A stretch of 64,000 nt of DNA from Bryobacterales bacterium (lineage in GTDB: Bacteria; Acidobacteriota; Terriglobia; Bryobacterales; UBA6623), in the NCBI GenBank assembly GCA_963422375.2, contig OY729428.2:3136001-3200000 (forward strand), in the 5' to 3' direction. The notes beneath the pieces were generated by a model. It saw only the letters and a program-made list of their open reading frames with translations. It ran no database searches and had not been told where the DNA came from. Positions 52,219 to 62,267 of the stretch are shown here, piece by piece (the stretch's first letter is position 1; the number at the start of each line of letters is the position of its first letter). A program made the translations under genes and the position numbers.

Positions 52219-53193
52219 TCAGCGGTTGTACCGAGGCGTCGGGCCGCGTACTTCCTCCCACGCGGCGTCGCAGGCCGCCAGCGCCTCCTCCGGCAGCGGC
52301 CCCTCCTGCGACGCCTCGATGTTCTCCTCCAGGTGAGCGAACCGCGAGGCGCCGAGAATCACGCAGTCCGCGCCCTTCCGGTAGCAGACCCACCGTAGCG
52401 CGAGCGTCGCCAGCGAGATGCCCAGATCGGAGGCGACCGCCTTCAGCGCATCCACCGCCCGGAAGTACTCGACATGCCAAAAGCGCTTCAGGTACATCCG
52501 GTTGCCGTCGAAGCGGGTACCCGGAAGCGGCCCCCGCTCCATTGACTGCTTGCCGGTCAGCAGACCTCCGGCCAGGGGGTTGTAGCAAACGTTCGCCACC
52601 CGGTAGCGCTCAGTGAACGCGAGGTATTCCTGCTCGATCCCCCGCGAGAGAGCGTTGTACATCGGCTGGGCGACCGCCGGCTCCCGATAGCCCCTCTCGC
52701 GCGAGATCGAGGCAATTTCGGCCATCTGCCAAGCGGCGTAGTTCGACGCGGCGATCCAGCGGATCTTGCCCTCCCGCCGGAGCTCGTCCATCGCATCCAA
52801 GGTCTCCCCGATATCGACGGCGCGGTCGGGCTGGTGCAGGTAATAGATGTCGATCCAGTCCGTCCCGAGGCGGGCCAGGCTTTCTTCCGCCGCGCGACGG
52901 ATCGCGGAGCGGCTCAGCCCCCCGTAGGCCCGGTCGCCGCTGCCCATGTTGCCGCGGACCTTCGTGGCGAGCACGACCCGCGACCGGCGCGCTCCCAAGA
53001 GCCTCCCCGTGATCTCCTCCGCCAGCCCTTGGTTGTAGACGTTGGCCGTGTCGAGGAAATTCACCCCGCGGTCGAGGGCGTGGTCCACCATGCGGGCGGC
53101 ATCCGCTTCCGCGACCTGCGATCCGAACGTCATCGTGCCGAGGCAGACGCGCGACACTCGCAGGCCTGTACCAGCCAAGACCGTTGTGCGCAT
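52219..53193 (-). CDS. aldo/keto reductase
   Basis: VSRVCLGTMTFG, FLDTANVY, LATK, SLARLGTDWIDIYYLH, YNPLAGGLLTGK. GGAGG RBS upstream. Confidence 0.93.
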   Translation of the reverse strand: MRTTVLAGTGLRVSRVCLGTMTFGSQVAEADAARMVDHALDRGVNFLDTANVYNQGLAEEITGRLLGARRSRVVLATKVRGNMGSGDRAYGGLSRSAIRRAAEESLARLGTDWIDIYYLHQPDRAVDIGETLDAMDELRREGKIRWIAASNYAAWQMAEIASISRERGYREPAVAQPMYNALSRGIEQEYLAFTERYRVANVCYNPLAGGLLTGKQSMERGPLPGTRFDGNRMYLKRFWHVEYFRAVDALKAVASDLGISLATLALRWVCYRKGADCVILGASRFAHLEENIEASQEGPLPEEALAACDAAWEEVRGPTPRYNR

Positions 53194-53263
53194 GGCGCCC
53201 CCTCCCTCTTGCAGGACCCGAATCATCCGCCCCGCGCCGATTCCGTCGGGCCGGTTGCAGCCG

Positions 53264-55291
53264 CTAGCGACGGACCGGGTTGACGAAGGCCCCGTTGGCG
53301 GCCACGTCCCACACAGCGACGCGCGCCCACGTCCAGCCCGGGGCCCGGATCTTCCAATGGTACGACTCCGCGGAGAACTCACCCGAGTGGGACAGGTCGA
53401 ACGTCTGCCGCTGCGTGCCCCGGCCGTCGCCCCAGACCACCTCGGCGAACTGCAAGGGAAACGTGCCTCGAACATCGAGCTGGACCTCGATTTCCTCTTC
53501 CGTGCCGCCGACGGACCACGACGGCAGCAGAACCTCGCCGGTCGTGACGAAGAACTCGCCGCGGAGCAGCGGGTCGAGCAGCTCGCCGTACCTGCTGAAC
53601 GGGGGCAGGCGGTCCGTCTTGACGTAGTTCACGTTCATGTGGGCGTAGACCTCGTGGGTGTGATCGAACTGGAACACGTCGACCTCGCCCAGGAGGCGCT
53701 TGTCCATGCCCCAGTTGTGCAGGTCGTCCAGCAGTCTCAGGGTGCGCTCCCCAAGGCGCGGGGAGGACAGGTCGGCCGGCATCGCCTTCCATCCGGCGCC
53801 GAAGTAGCGCGGGTCGCGGAAGTGCTCGGTGGCGCGGATCGCGTCCGGATACCCGGTTGATCCCTTCGTGCGGGCATGGGTCTGGTACATCCAGCCGTTC
53901 TCGCGCCGTACCAGATCGAGGAGTTCGGCGGCGTCGGCCGTACTGTAGACCGTGCCGTACTTCGGATGCTTGGAGACGAAGCTTCCGCCCTCGGGGCGGT
54001 CCATCCACCAGTACACGGGCTTAGGGAAGATCAGCCCCCAATGGCCGCCGAGATGGACGTTGGCCTCCTCCGACGGGATCATCAGGAAGTCGTTGCCGGA
54101 CTGCTCCCTGCAAGCCCGGAAGAAGCTGTCGAGCTCTTCGAGGCGGAGCCCGGTCAGATCGCGAGGGTGACCGTCGCCATGAAAGTCCATGATGATGGCG
54201 GCGTTGACACCCATGTTCCGAAGGACGGTCTTGAACGGCGGCGTCCAGTCCATGCCCTTCTCGAGGGCCTGCACGGTGTAGGCCAGGTGAAAGTGCGACG
54301 CGAGGGTCTTGAAGCCATCGAGAGCCGGGAAAACGTCCCTGTTCGTGTAAAGCAGGGCGTCTTCCAGCGCGGCCTCGGGCGCGCCGTCACCGAGAAGCAG
54401 GAACAGGGGCAGGGACTGCCGGCTGCCAGGAGGCGCGTTCGCCCATGGATAGAACTGCCAGTTGGTGTCCCGGATCTGGCGGATTCCCAGCGACACGCGA
54501 CCTCGCCACGAGCGGTGCCAGTTGTGGGACAGATTCGACGTGAAGTCCCGGGGAAAGAAGAACTGGTGCGGCGCCGGAAGGGCCGCCACGCTGCCGTGCC
54601 CGGCCGCAGTGGCCAAGGCCCTGTAGCGCACCTTGTACGCCACGCGCTCGGGCTGCAGTCCGTTCGCCGACTCCTTGCGCAGCTGCCCCTCGGTGTCGTA
54701 GTAGGCCAGAGGGGTGTCCATGTTGCGCCCGATCTGGAGTTGTTCCGGCGCGGCGAACTCGATGCCCGCGTCGTAGTAGAACGCTACGTCGGGACGGTCG
54801 GTCGAGACGACGGCTTCTTGCTGCACGAGGCGCGAGCCGGGAAAAAAGGTGTAGGCCAGAGTGCCGGAGAAGGGGCCGGCCTTGAATTCGTCGCAGTGGA
54901 CGCGCAGGCGGCTGCCGACGGTTTCCACGCGGATCCCTCGGAGCGCGAATTCGCCGATGTAAGCGGATGTTCCTTCGGGATGGGACGGCGGATAGTCGAA
55001 GAAGGCGTTCCAGCCCTTTCTGCGCACCCCGGTCTCGACCCGCATGAACGGCCGCGCATCACGCAGCACGGCGTTGCCCGCGACACCGACCGACCTGAGC
55101 AGCGGCTCCGCCGGGTCAAGGTCGAACAGCGCCGTCCACTCGCTGTCCTTGTCGTCCCGCCAAGTGACGGCGACCCCGCCGTCACGGACGACAGCGGACA
55201 CGGGCCCCTCCCGGTACTCGCTCAAGTCCGCGGGAACGGCGGCGCCCGCCGGGATTGCGGCCGCGACGAGAACGAGCGCGAGGTTCCGCAT
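53264..55291 (-). CDS. secreted hypothetical protein with putative PHP-like metal-binding C-terminal domain
   Basis: Signal peptide; HFH, DFHGDGHP, EE..GGHW, QTHAR, GEVD clusters; strong coding bias. Confidence 0.8.
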   Translation of the reverse strand: MRNLALVLVAAAIPAGAAVPADLSEYREGPVSAVVRDGGVAVTWRDDKDSEWTALFDLDPAEPLLRSVGVAGNAVLRDARPFMRVETGVRRKGWNAFFDYPPSHPEGTSAYIGEFALRGIRVETVGSRLRVHCDEFKAGPFSGTLAYTFFPGSRLVQQEAVVSTDRPDVAFYYDAGIEFAAPEQLQIGRNMDTPLAYYDTEGQLRKESANGLQPERVAYKVRYRALATAAGHGSVAALPAPHQFFFPRDFTSNLSHNWHRSWRGRVSLGIRQIRDTNWQFYPWANAPPGSRQSLPLFLLLGDGAPEAALEDALLYTNRDVFPALDGFKTLASHFHLAYTVQALEKGMDWTPPFKTVLRNMGVNAAIIMDFHGDGHPRDLTGLRLEELDSFFRACREQSGNDFLMIPSEEANVHLGGHWGLIFPKPVYWWMDRPEGGSFVSKHPKYGTVYSTADAAELLDLVRRENGWMYQTHARTKGSTGYPDAIRATEHFRDPRYFGAGWKAMPADLSSPRLGERTLRLLDDLHNWGMDKRLLGEVDVFQFDHTHEVYAHMNVNYVKTDRLPPFSRYGELLDPLLRGEFFVTTGEVLLPSWSVGGTEEEIEVQLDVRGTFPLQFAEVVWGDGRGTQRQTFDLSHSGEFSAESYHWKIRAPGWTWARVAVWDVAANGAFVNPVRR

Positions 55292-56236
55292 GGCGCCATG
55301 ATACCCGACCCCTGTTCGCCCGTTCGATGGAGACTCGCTGCCTGCGCCCGGTCACCTGCGCAACCTGACTCGGCCGCGATCAGGCGGATCCGTCCGGCAC
55401 CCGGTCGAGCGACTGCTCCGCGACCCGTTGGCAGGGTCGCGGCAGGCTGCGGCGGCACGGGTCCGTGCCGCGAGCGTTACCGCCAAGCACCAGTGCCTGT
55501 CGATTCCCGACGCGGTTGAGAGCGCGTTCTAGCCAACGAGCCGAGACTGCAATCGCGACCAAGAATCGGAGAAATCACCTCGTCGTGGCCTCGGAAGTCC
55601 CCGCTATTGTCGCTCGGCGGCAGGGGTTCCGACGGACTGACAAGGCTGCGACGTTGGAGAGCAGCGGAGCCTTCAGAACGCGCGTCGATTCCTGCTCGCC
55701 GGGCTCGAGACTCACGAGGCCGCCCAATCCGGGTCTCGATTCAGGCTGCTCGGTGCCGGACGAACGAACCAAGCGAGCGGAGCGCGCTTGGTGCGATCCG
55801 ACGCACCCGGGCTGCGCCGCAGGGCCGATTCCGCGACCGCCCTCCGATCCGCCGGCCGTCGCGGCAGCGGGTCTCGCGCAGGTCGATGCCAGCAGCGGGG
55901 GCCTCCGGGCCCGCACCCAAGGCGGGCCCGGACTAGGCAGGCCGCATCCCGCGGCCAGTCATCCGCGGTCCGCGCGAACCGCGACGGGACTTGCCCGCGG
56001 CGGCCAAGCGGTCCACGGCACGGGCTGCCGGAGACAGTGCCGTGGGCGCAACCCAACGCGGCACCTGCATCGCTCGGCTAGCGGATCGACTCCTGGGCCG
56101 CAGCACGGGCGACGCTCGAGCCGAGAAATCCGGCCCGCGCAGCAAAATCGGACCGGAAGGCGCTAGTAAAGGCGCACGCCCGGTTGCCCCTAACGGCCAC
56201 TTCTAATAGACTCTAGGCGGCGGAGGCATTCCCGAA

Positions 56237-58786
56237 GTGATTCTACTGGCACTGGCAATCGCAGTCTCTATCGGCACCGTGTATGCGCAGGCCGCGGAAG
56301 GACCGGCATTCGCAAAGGAAGTCGCTCCCATTCTCGAGGAGCGGTGCGTCCAGTGCCACGGCGACAAGCAGCAGCTCGCCGGACTGCGACTGGACAGCCG
56401 CGAAGTCCTCCTGCAAGGAGGCAAACAGGGACCGGCGGTCGTTCCCGGGTCCGCCGAGCAGAGCCTGCTCTACCACCACGTTACCGGCCGAGCCGAGCCG
56501 CGGATGCCTTTCGGGAGCACCCTAGCGGATGACGAGATCGCTGTTCTCAAGCAATGGATCGACGCCGGGGCACATTGGAGCGCGCCAGCCGAGCAGGCCG
56601 ATGCCGACGCGGTCTGGTGGGCCTTCAAGAATCCCGTGCGCCGGACCCCGCCCGATTCCGAGGCGCACCCGGTTGACGGCTTCATCGACGCTCGCCTCGG
56701 CGAGAAGGGCCTCGAGCGCGCGCCCCGAGCCGATCCGGCGACGTTGGTGCGGCGCGCCTACCTAGACCTCGTGGGGATGCTCCCAGCCGCCGCGGTGGTC
56801 GATTCGTTCGCCAAGGATCCGTCGCGCGAGGCGTTCGCCCGTCTCGTCGAGGAGCTGCTGGACTCCCCGAGGTACGGCGAGCGCTGGGGCCGCCACTGGC
56901 TGGACGCTGTTCGATACGCAGACTCCTCCGGGTACGAGCACGACTACGACCAGCCCCACGCTTGGCGCTACCGGGACTACGTGATCCGGTCGTTCAACGA
57001 CGACAAGCCCTACGACCGGTTCGTAAAGGAGCAGCTGGCCGGCGACGAGCTCGAGGATCAGAGCTTCGACAGCCTGACGGCAACCGGCATGCTGCGCGTC
57101 GGGCCGCGCGTGCTGTTCCGCGAGAAGGACAATCCCCAGTACCGATACACGTACCTAGACGACATCATCGCGACGACCGGCCGGGTGTTTCTCGGCATGA
57201 CGGTCGATTGCGCGCGCTGCCACGACCACAAGTTCGACGACATCTCCCAGATGGACTATTACCGCACGATGGCGGTGTTCTTCCCGTACATCCGGTACGA
57301 CTTCCCCTTGGCGGACACGGAGACGGTAGCCGACCACGAAGCCGCAACCGAGGCGGTCAACGCCAAGACTGCCCCGCTCACGAAGCAGATCCGCAAGATC
57401 GAGGCCCCGTACCGGGACGCCGCCAGGAAGCGGGCGCTGGAGAGGTTCCCGGAGGAAATCCAAGTCGCCGTGCGGACACCCGACACCCAGCGCACGCCGG
57501 GGCAGAAGCTGCTTGCGGCCCAAGTGCAGTCCATTGGCGTCAGCGACTTCAAGCACCTGATCTCGGCAGAGGACGAGTTGCGCGTTGCGGATCTCAAGGC
57601 CAAGATCGCGGAATTCGAGAAGGAGCTGCCGCCGCCCCTGCCGATGGCGATGGGCATCCGGGACGGCGACTACCGCTTCGCGCCCAACGGCCTCGGCGAC
57701 GAAGTGCAGCCGGGCAAGGGCGACCGCGAGGACTTCAGCGGAATCGAGGGAACCTGGCTGCCCGCCAAGGGCTACACGCCGCCTCCCGCGCACTTCCTCC
57801 CGAACGCCGACTACCGCAACAAGGGAGATGTCGTTGAGCCAGGCTACATCGAGGCGCTCGCACGCGGCCAGGCATTCGAGCCGTCCTCGCCGACCCACCG
57901 CGTTTCCAGCGGCCGCCGCCTGGCCCTGGCCAGCTGGATCGCGTCCCCGTCGAACCCGCTCACCGCACGGGTCATGGCGAACCGGATCTGGATGCACCAC
58001 TTCGGCGAGGGCTTGGTCTATACCGCGAGCAACTTCGGCAGCATGGGCACGCGCCCGACCCACCCGGAGCTCCTCGACTGGCTCGCGACGGAGTTCGTGC
58101 GGCAGGGCTGGAGCATGAAGGCGCTGCACCGCCTGATCATGACCTCCGAGAGCTACCAGATGGCTTCCGCCCACACCGACCCCGCCGCGTCCGAGGCGGA
58201 CCCGGAGAACAAGCTGCTGTGGCGGTTCCGCCAGAGACGCTTGGAGGGCGAGATCATCCGCGACATCATCCTGGACGCGGCCGGCAACCTGAATCTCGAG
58301 GCAGGCGGCCCGGGCTACTTCCCGCCGATTCCGGACGAGGTGCGCGAGTCGTTTCCGAAGGGCAAGTGGGACATGAGCGATCCCGGGCCGGAGAACTGGA
58401 GGCGCAGCGTCTACGCCTACGCCAAGAGGGGGCTGCGGTACCCGCTGTTCGAGGTGTTCGACCAGCCCAGCATGAACGTCACTTGCGAGCGCCGCACGAC
58501 AACCACCGTGCCGACTCAGGCGCTGACGCTTCTCAATAACGAATTCGCCCTGCGGCAGGCCCAGCACTTCGCCGAACGCGTGGCGGGGCTCGCCGACGGG
58601 CGGGCGGATCGGATTCAGGAGGCCTACCGGATCGCGCTGAGCCGGTCCCCGACCCAGTCCGAACTGGACGCGAACTTGGAATTCCTCCGGCAGCAGGAGG
58701 CGTTCCACCAAGGAGACGCACTGAAGGCCCTGACGGATCTTTGCGACGTGCTCCTCAACCTGAACGAGTTCCTCTATGTCAGCTAA
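56237..58786 (+). CDS. PSD1 (DUF1553)/DUF1549 + planctomycete cytochrome c domain protein
   Basis: CVQCH, SPRYGERWGRHWLDAVRYADS, CARCHDHK, PTHPELLDWLA, RRSVY, NEFLYV. Confidence 0.93.
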   Translation: MILLALAIAVSIGTVYAQAAEGPAFAKEVAPILEERCVQCHGDKQQLAGLRLDSREVLLQGGKQGPAVVPGSAEQSLLYHHVTGRAEPRMPFGSTLADDEIAVLKQWIDAGAHWSAPAEQADADAVWWAFKNPVRRTPPDSEAHPVDGFIDARLGEKGLERAPRADPATLVRRAYLDLVGMLPAAAVVDSFAKDPSREAFARLVEELLDSPRYGERWGRHWLDAVRYADSSGYEHDYDQPHAWRYRDYVIRSFNDDKPYDRFVKEQLAGDELEDQSFDSLTATGMLRVGPRVLFREKDNPQYRYTYLDDIIATTGRVFLGMTVDCARCHDHKFDDISQMDYYRTMAVFFPYIRYDFPLADTETVADHEAATEAVNAKTAPLTKQIRKIEAPYRDAARKRALERFPEEIQVAVRTPDTQRTPGQKLLAAQVQSIGVSDFKHLISAEDELRVADLKAKIAEFEKELPPPLPMAMGIRDGDYRFAPNGLGDEVQPGKGDREDFSGIEGTWLPAKGYTPPPAHFLPNADYRNKGDVVEPGYIEALARGQAFEPSSPTHRVSSGRRLALASWIASPSNPLTARVMANRIWMHHFGEGLVYTASNFGSMGTRPTHPELLDWLATEFVRQGWSMKALHRLIMTSESYQMASAHTDPAASEADPENKLLWRFRQRRLEGEIIRDIILDAAGNLNLEAGGPGYFPPIPDEVRESFPKGKWDMSDPGPENWRRSVYAYAKRGLRYPLFEVFDQPSMNVTCERRTTTTVPTQALTLLNNEFALRQAQHFAERVAGLADGRADRIQEAYRIALSRSPTQSELDANLEFLRQQEAFHQGDALKALTDLCDVLLNLNEFLYVS

Positions 58787-60227
58787 CAAGTCCTTCGTGT
58801 CACGCCGGGACTTCCTGTTCCGGGCCGGAGAGGGCATCAGCGGCCTTGCCTTGGCTTCCCTGCTGCAGCAGGACGGGCTGCTGGGAGCGGAAACCGCTTG
58901 CGATGCACAGGGCGTCGTCTCCCCGACGCGGCCGCGCCAGCCCCACTTCAAGGCCCGGGCCAAGGCAGTCATCTCCCTGTTCATGAGCGGCGGGGTCAGC
59001 CACGTCGACACATTCGACTACAAGCCGATGCTCGAGAGGCATCACGGCAAGCCGCTGACCGGCAAGGGTCGCGTGCGCGTGCGCCAAGGCTTCCCCGGCC
59101 CGCTCATGCGTAGCCCGTTCAAGTTCGAGCGGCACGGCGAGTGCGGCAAGCTCGTATCCGAGCTGTTCCCGCACTTGGGGGCCATGGCGGACGAACTGGC
59201 GTTCGTGCATTCCTGCAAGGGCCGCTCGAACGACCACGTGCTGGCGCACTACGAATGGAATACCGGCTCGGTCCTGATGGGCCATCCCAGCGTGGGGAGC
59301 TGGGTCACGTACGGATTGGGCTCGGAAAACCAGAGCCTGCCCGGCTTCGTCGTGGTCTACGACCACCGGGGCGGCCCCTTCTCGGGCCCCTCGAACTGGA
59401 GCAGCGGATACTTGCCGGCCACCTACCAAGGCACTGTATTTCGCTCGCAGGGCGACCCGATTCTCGACCTGCGACCGCCGGCGGACCTGCTGTCTCCGGC
59501 GCAGCAACGGGCGCGCCTGGATCACCTTGCCAAGCTCAACGAGGAGCACGCGAGCCGCCATCCCGGCTCCTCGGAACTCGCGGCGCGGATCGCCTCGTAC
59601 GAGCTAGCCTATCGCATGCAGGGCTGCGCACCCGAGGCCGTGGACATTTCGCAAGAGTCCGAGGAGACGAAGCAGCTGTACGGGATGGACGAACCGACGA
59701 CGGAGCCGTTCGGCCGGCAGTGCCTGCTAGCGCGCCGACTCGTCGAGCGCGGGGTACGCTTCGTGCAGCTATACAGCGGAGCCCTGCGCCAGCAAAACAT
59801 AGACACTTGGGACGCTCACGCCAACCTCATCGAAAACCACACCCTACACGCGGGCGAGGTCGACCGGCCGATCGCCGGTCTGCTTAAGGACCTGCAGCGC
59901 ACCGGGCTGCTCGACGAGACGCTCGTGGTCTGGCATTCGGAATTCGGTCGCATGCCGATCTCCCAGCGCGGACTGGGGAGAGACCACAACCCGCACGCGA
60001 TGACGGCATGGATGGCGGGTGCCGGGATCCGGGGAGGCCAGTCGGTCGGCGCGACGGACGAGTTCGGGTACAAGGCCGAGGAGCAGGTCCTGACGTACCA
60101 CGATCTGCACGCGACCATGCTGCACCTGCTCGGCATCGACCACGAGCGCCTGACGTACTTCTTCAACGGGCGCCACATGCGCCTGACCGATGTCCACGGG
60201 AACCCGATCCCCCAGCTGGTGAGCTAG
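58776..60227 (+). CDS. DUF1501 domain protein, Tat signal
   Basis: SRRDFL, GGVSHVDTFDYKP, GSWVTYGLGSEN, SYELAYRMQ, WDAH, EFGRMP, DLHATMLHLLG. Confidence 0.93.
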   Translation: MSANKSFVSRRDFLFRAGEGISGLALASLLQQDGLLGAETACDAQGVVSPTRPRQPHFKARAKAVISLFMSGGVSHVDTFDYKPMLERHHGKPLTGKGRVRVRQGFPGPLMRSPFKFERHGECGKLVSELFPHLGAMADELAFVHSCKGRSNDHVLAHYEWNTGSVLMGHPSVGSWVTYGLGSENQSLPGFVVVYDHRGGPFSGPSNWSSGYLPATYQGTVFRSQGDPILDLRPPADLLSPAQQRARLDHLAKLNEEHASRHPGSSELAARIASYELAYRMQGCAPEAVDISQESEETKQLYGMDEPTTEPFGRQCLLARRLVERGVRFVQLYSGALRQQNIDTWDAHANLIENHTLHAGEVDRPIAGLLKDLQRTGLLDETLVVWHSEFGRMPISQRGLGRDHNPHAMTAWMAGAGIRGGQSVGATDEFGYKAEEQVLTYHDLHATMLHLLGIDHERLTYFFNGRHMRLTDVHGNPIPQLVS

Positions 60228-60577
60228 CGCTCCTCCGGCGGATCGGAACCGGCCCGCAGGTCTTCGCCCTTGCCGCACGGTTTCAGCCTGCTGGGCGACA
60301 GCGCGCCCCGGCGGCCACCGCGTGCGGGGCTGCCGCCGGGCTCCGAGCCGAACAGGTTCACCGGGATGAGCGGCGAGAGCCGGACTCTGGGTCCGTCGCA
60401 CCGGAGGGGCCCCCGCGCACCCATCGGCTACACTGTGCCAGCACCGAAGCGGCGCTAGGTCGCCTGCCGGGTAAGCAGATTGACCAGTTGGTGCCGTTGA
60501 CCGCGGGCCGCGGGCGCCGCTCGCAAGGGGGCATGGCCCCTCGGAGGAGGCGCGAGCCGCGGGTTGCGGCAGCCGGG

Positions 60578-61305
60578 GTGCTATACCCTTGCTTCGACGG
60601 CCGGCCGATGGCGAACAGCACCTACTAAGAGGAGGCTATTCGCGAGGCGATGTCCATGCTGAGCAGCACTTCGACGAACGTTAAGACGTGCTGGTCGCCA
60701 ACAACCTGCTCGTGTACTACGTCAAGGACGATGCCAACACGGAGGTGATGGTGGCCTTAGGCGTCCCGAAAGGCCATCGCATGTCGTACTTGGTATGCGA
60801 GGAGGGCAAGGCACCGGATTTCGTGCTGGAAGTCGCTCCGCCCGGCACCGTCAAGGTGGTCTTGGAGGAGAAGCCGTCTACTATACGCGCGCCTGGGCGT
60901 GAGTGAGTACTTCCGCTACGACCCGATGGGCGGCCTGCTGCCGACGCGCCTGGCGGGTGGCCGCCTGGAGGGCGGCCACTGCGGGCCGAGCGGATACCCG
61001 ACGCGGAACTGTCCATCCGCAGCGCGGTGCTGGGCTTGGACCTGCGTTACGACGGGGCCGCAAAGCGCCTGCGCATATGGGATCCAGTCGCGGACGAATA
61101 TCTGCGGACGCTGGGCGAGGAGGAGCGGGCACGCAAGGATTCCGAGCGGCGGCGGGTCGCGGAGACGCGCCAGCGAATCGCGGAGGAGCGAGCGCGTCAA
61201 GAGGCCGAGCGCCAGCGGGACGCGGAGGCGCGGACGCGCTTGGACGCCGAGCGGCGGTGGAAGGAGCTGGAGCTGCAGCTCACGGCGCTGCGACGCTCGC
61301 GATGA
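60578..61305 (+). pseudogene. Uma2 family (PD-(D/E)xK) endonuclease pseudogene with coiled-coil tail
   Basis: YP..DGRPMA, NLLVYY, SYLVCEEGKAPDFVLEV, GV.EYFRYDP, S.VLGLDLR, E/R-rich tail. TAA stops and frameshifts. Confidence 0.85.
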
Positions 61306-62190
61306 GGTGGGGGGACCAGCGGGCGACGGTGCCTCCCGCGGTCGTAGCGCTCCGACCGGCCAAAGCGCACCAGAAGCCCCTCGTGCCGGATTTGCCGGCA
61401 TCCGGCAGGTGCGCTGCCGAATCATCCGTCGGATGCCCCTGTTCTTGTCGCACTGAGCCCTCAACCGTGGGAGCACTGGCCCGGGCGTTGCGGAGGGTGC
61501 CTGAGCTCCCGTGACAGGGCGCGAGCACGCAGCGCGGGGGCAGCTCGTCCGTCGCTGCGAAACGCACCCCCCTCGGCACGAACTTGGACGTATGCAAGTC
61601 CCTTCCCGCTGGTGCCCCGAGGGGTGACCCGGATGCGGTCGGCTGATGATCACGACCGGGCAGTACCGTGCAGCCCGGACCTGCGGGCCGGAAGCGCTGC
61701 CTCGCAAACCCTTCCGGGCAGTGCGGCCGTGGCAGACAGCCTCTCTCGCGTGCCGCTCGCAGTCCGGCTCTGGAACAGCTTGGCCTTATAGAGCACCGTC
61801 TGCCGATTCGGCACATCCGGAAGCTTGTGATTTCCTTGATTTCAACCGGTTAGGCATGACACACCAAACCTGTCCGCGGCGTCCAAGCGCGGCACTCCGA
61901 ATCAGGTTGATCGAATCACCCTAGAACCGCACGGTCCAAGATCGCCGATCCCGGTATCTGCGATTCGGCGTCAGATCTCGCGGCCGCGCGAACCGCAATA
62001 AGGGCCGATGGCGGCCTAGCAAGTCCAGACGCGGCGCAATCGGGACGTTGGCCCCGCATCAATGGCGCCATCCCGACAGGAAGCCAGCAAACGAGGCCCG
62101 GCTCGGAGAGACCGCACGCCAGCCGATTCAGTGCGACCGCTTGGAATCAAGCCTGTCTGCATGGCATACCATAAGATGAGGCGGTGTCGC

Positions 62191-62267
62191 GGGCGCGTAG
62201 CTCAGCTGGATAGAGCATCTGCCTTCTAAGCAGAGGGTCCCAGGTTCGAGTCCTGGCGCGCCTGCCA
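62191..62267 (+). tRNA. tRNA-Arg(TCT)
   Basis: GGGCGCG/CGCGCCT acceptor stem, anticodon arm TCTGC-CTTCTAA-GCAGA, GGTTCGAGTCC, encoded CCA. Confidence 0.97.

Noticed and set aside
55465..56166. 233-aa ORF in the intergenic spacer
   Set aside because: Arg/Pro/Ala-rich, no codon bias, no RBS and no recognisable domain.
61310..61618. RNase P RNA or tmRNA
   Set aside because: No GAGGAAAGTCC core and no tRNA-like ends with T-loop/CCA on either strand.
51973..62267. Integrated element bounded by the two tRNA-Arg genes
   Set aside because: Both tRNAs are complete with different anticodons, and I saw no duplicated 3' att fragment and no integrase.
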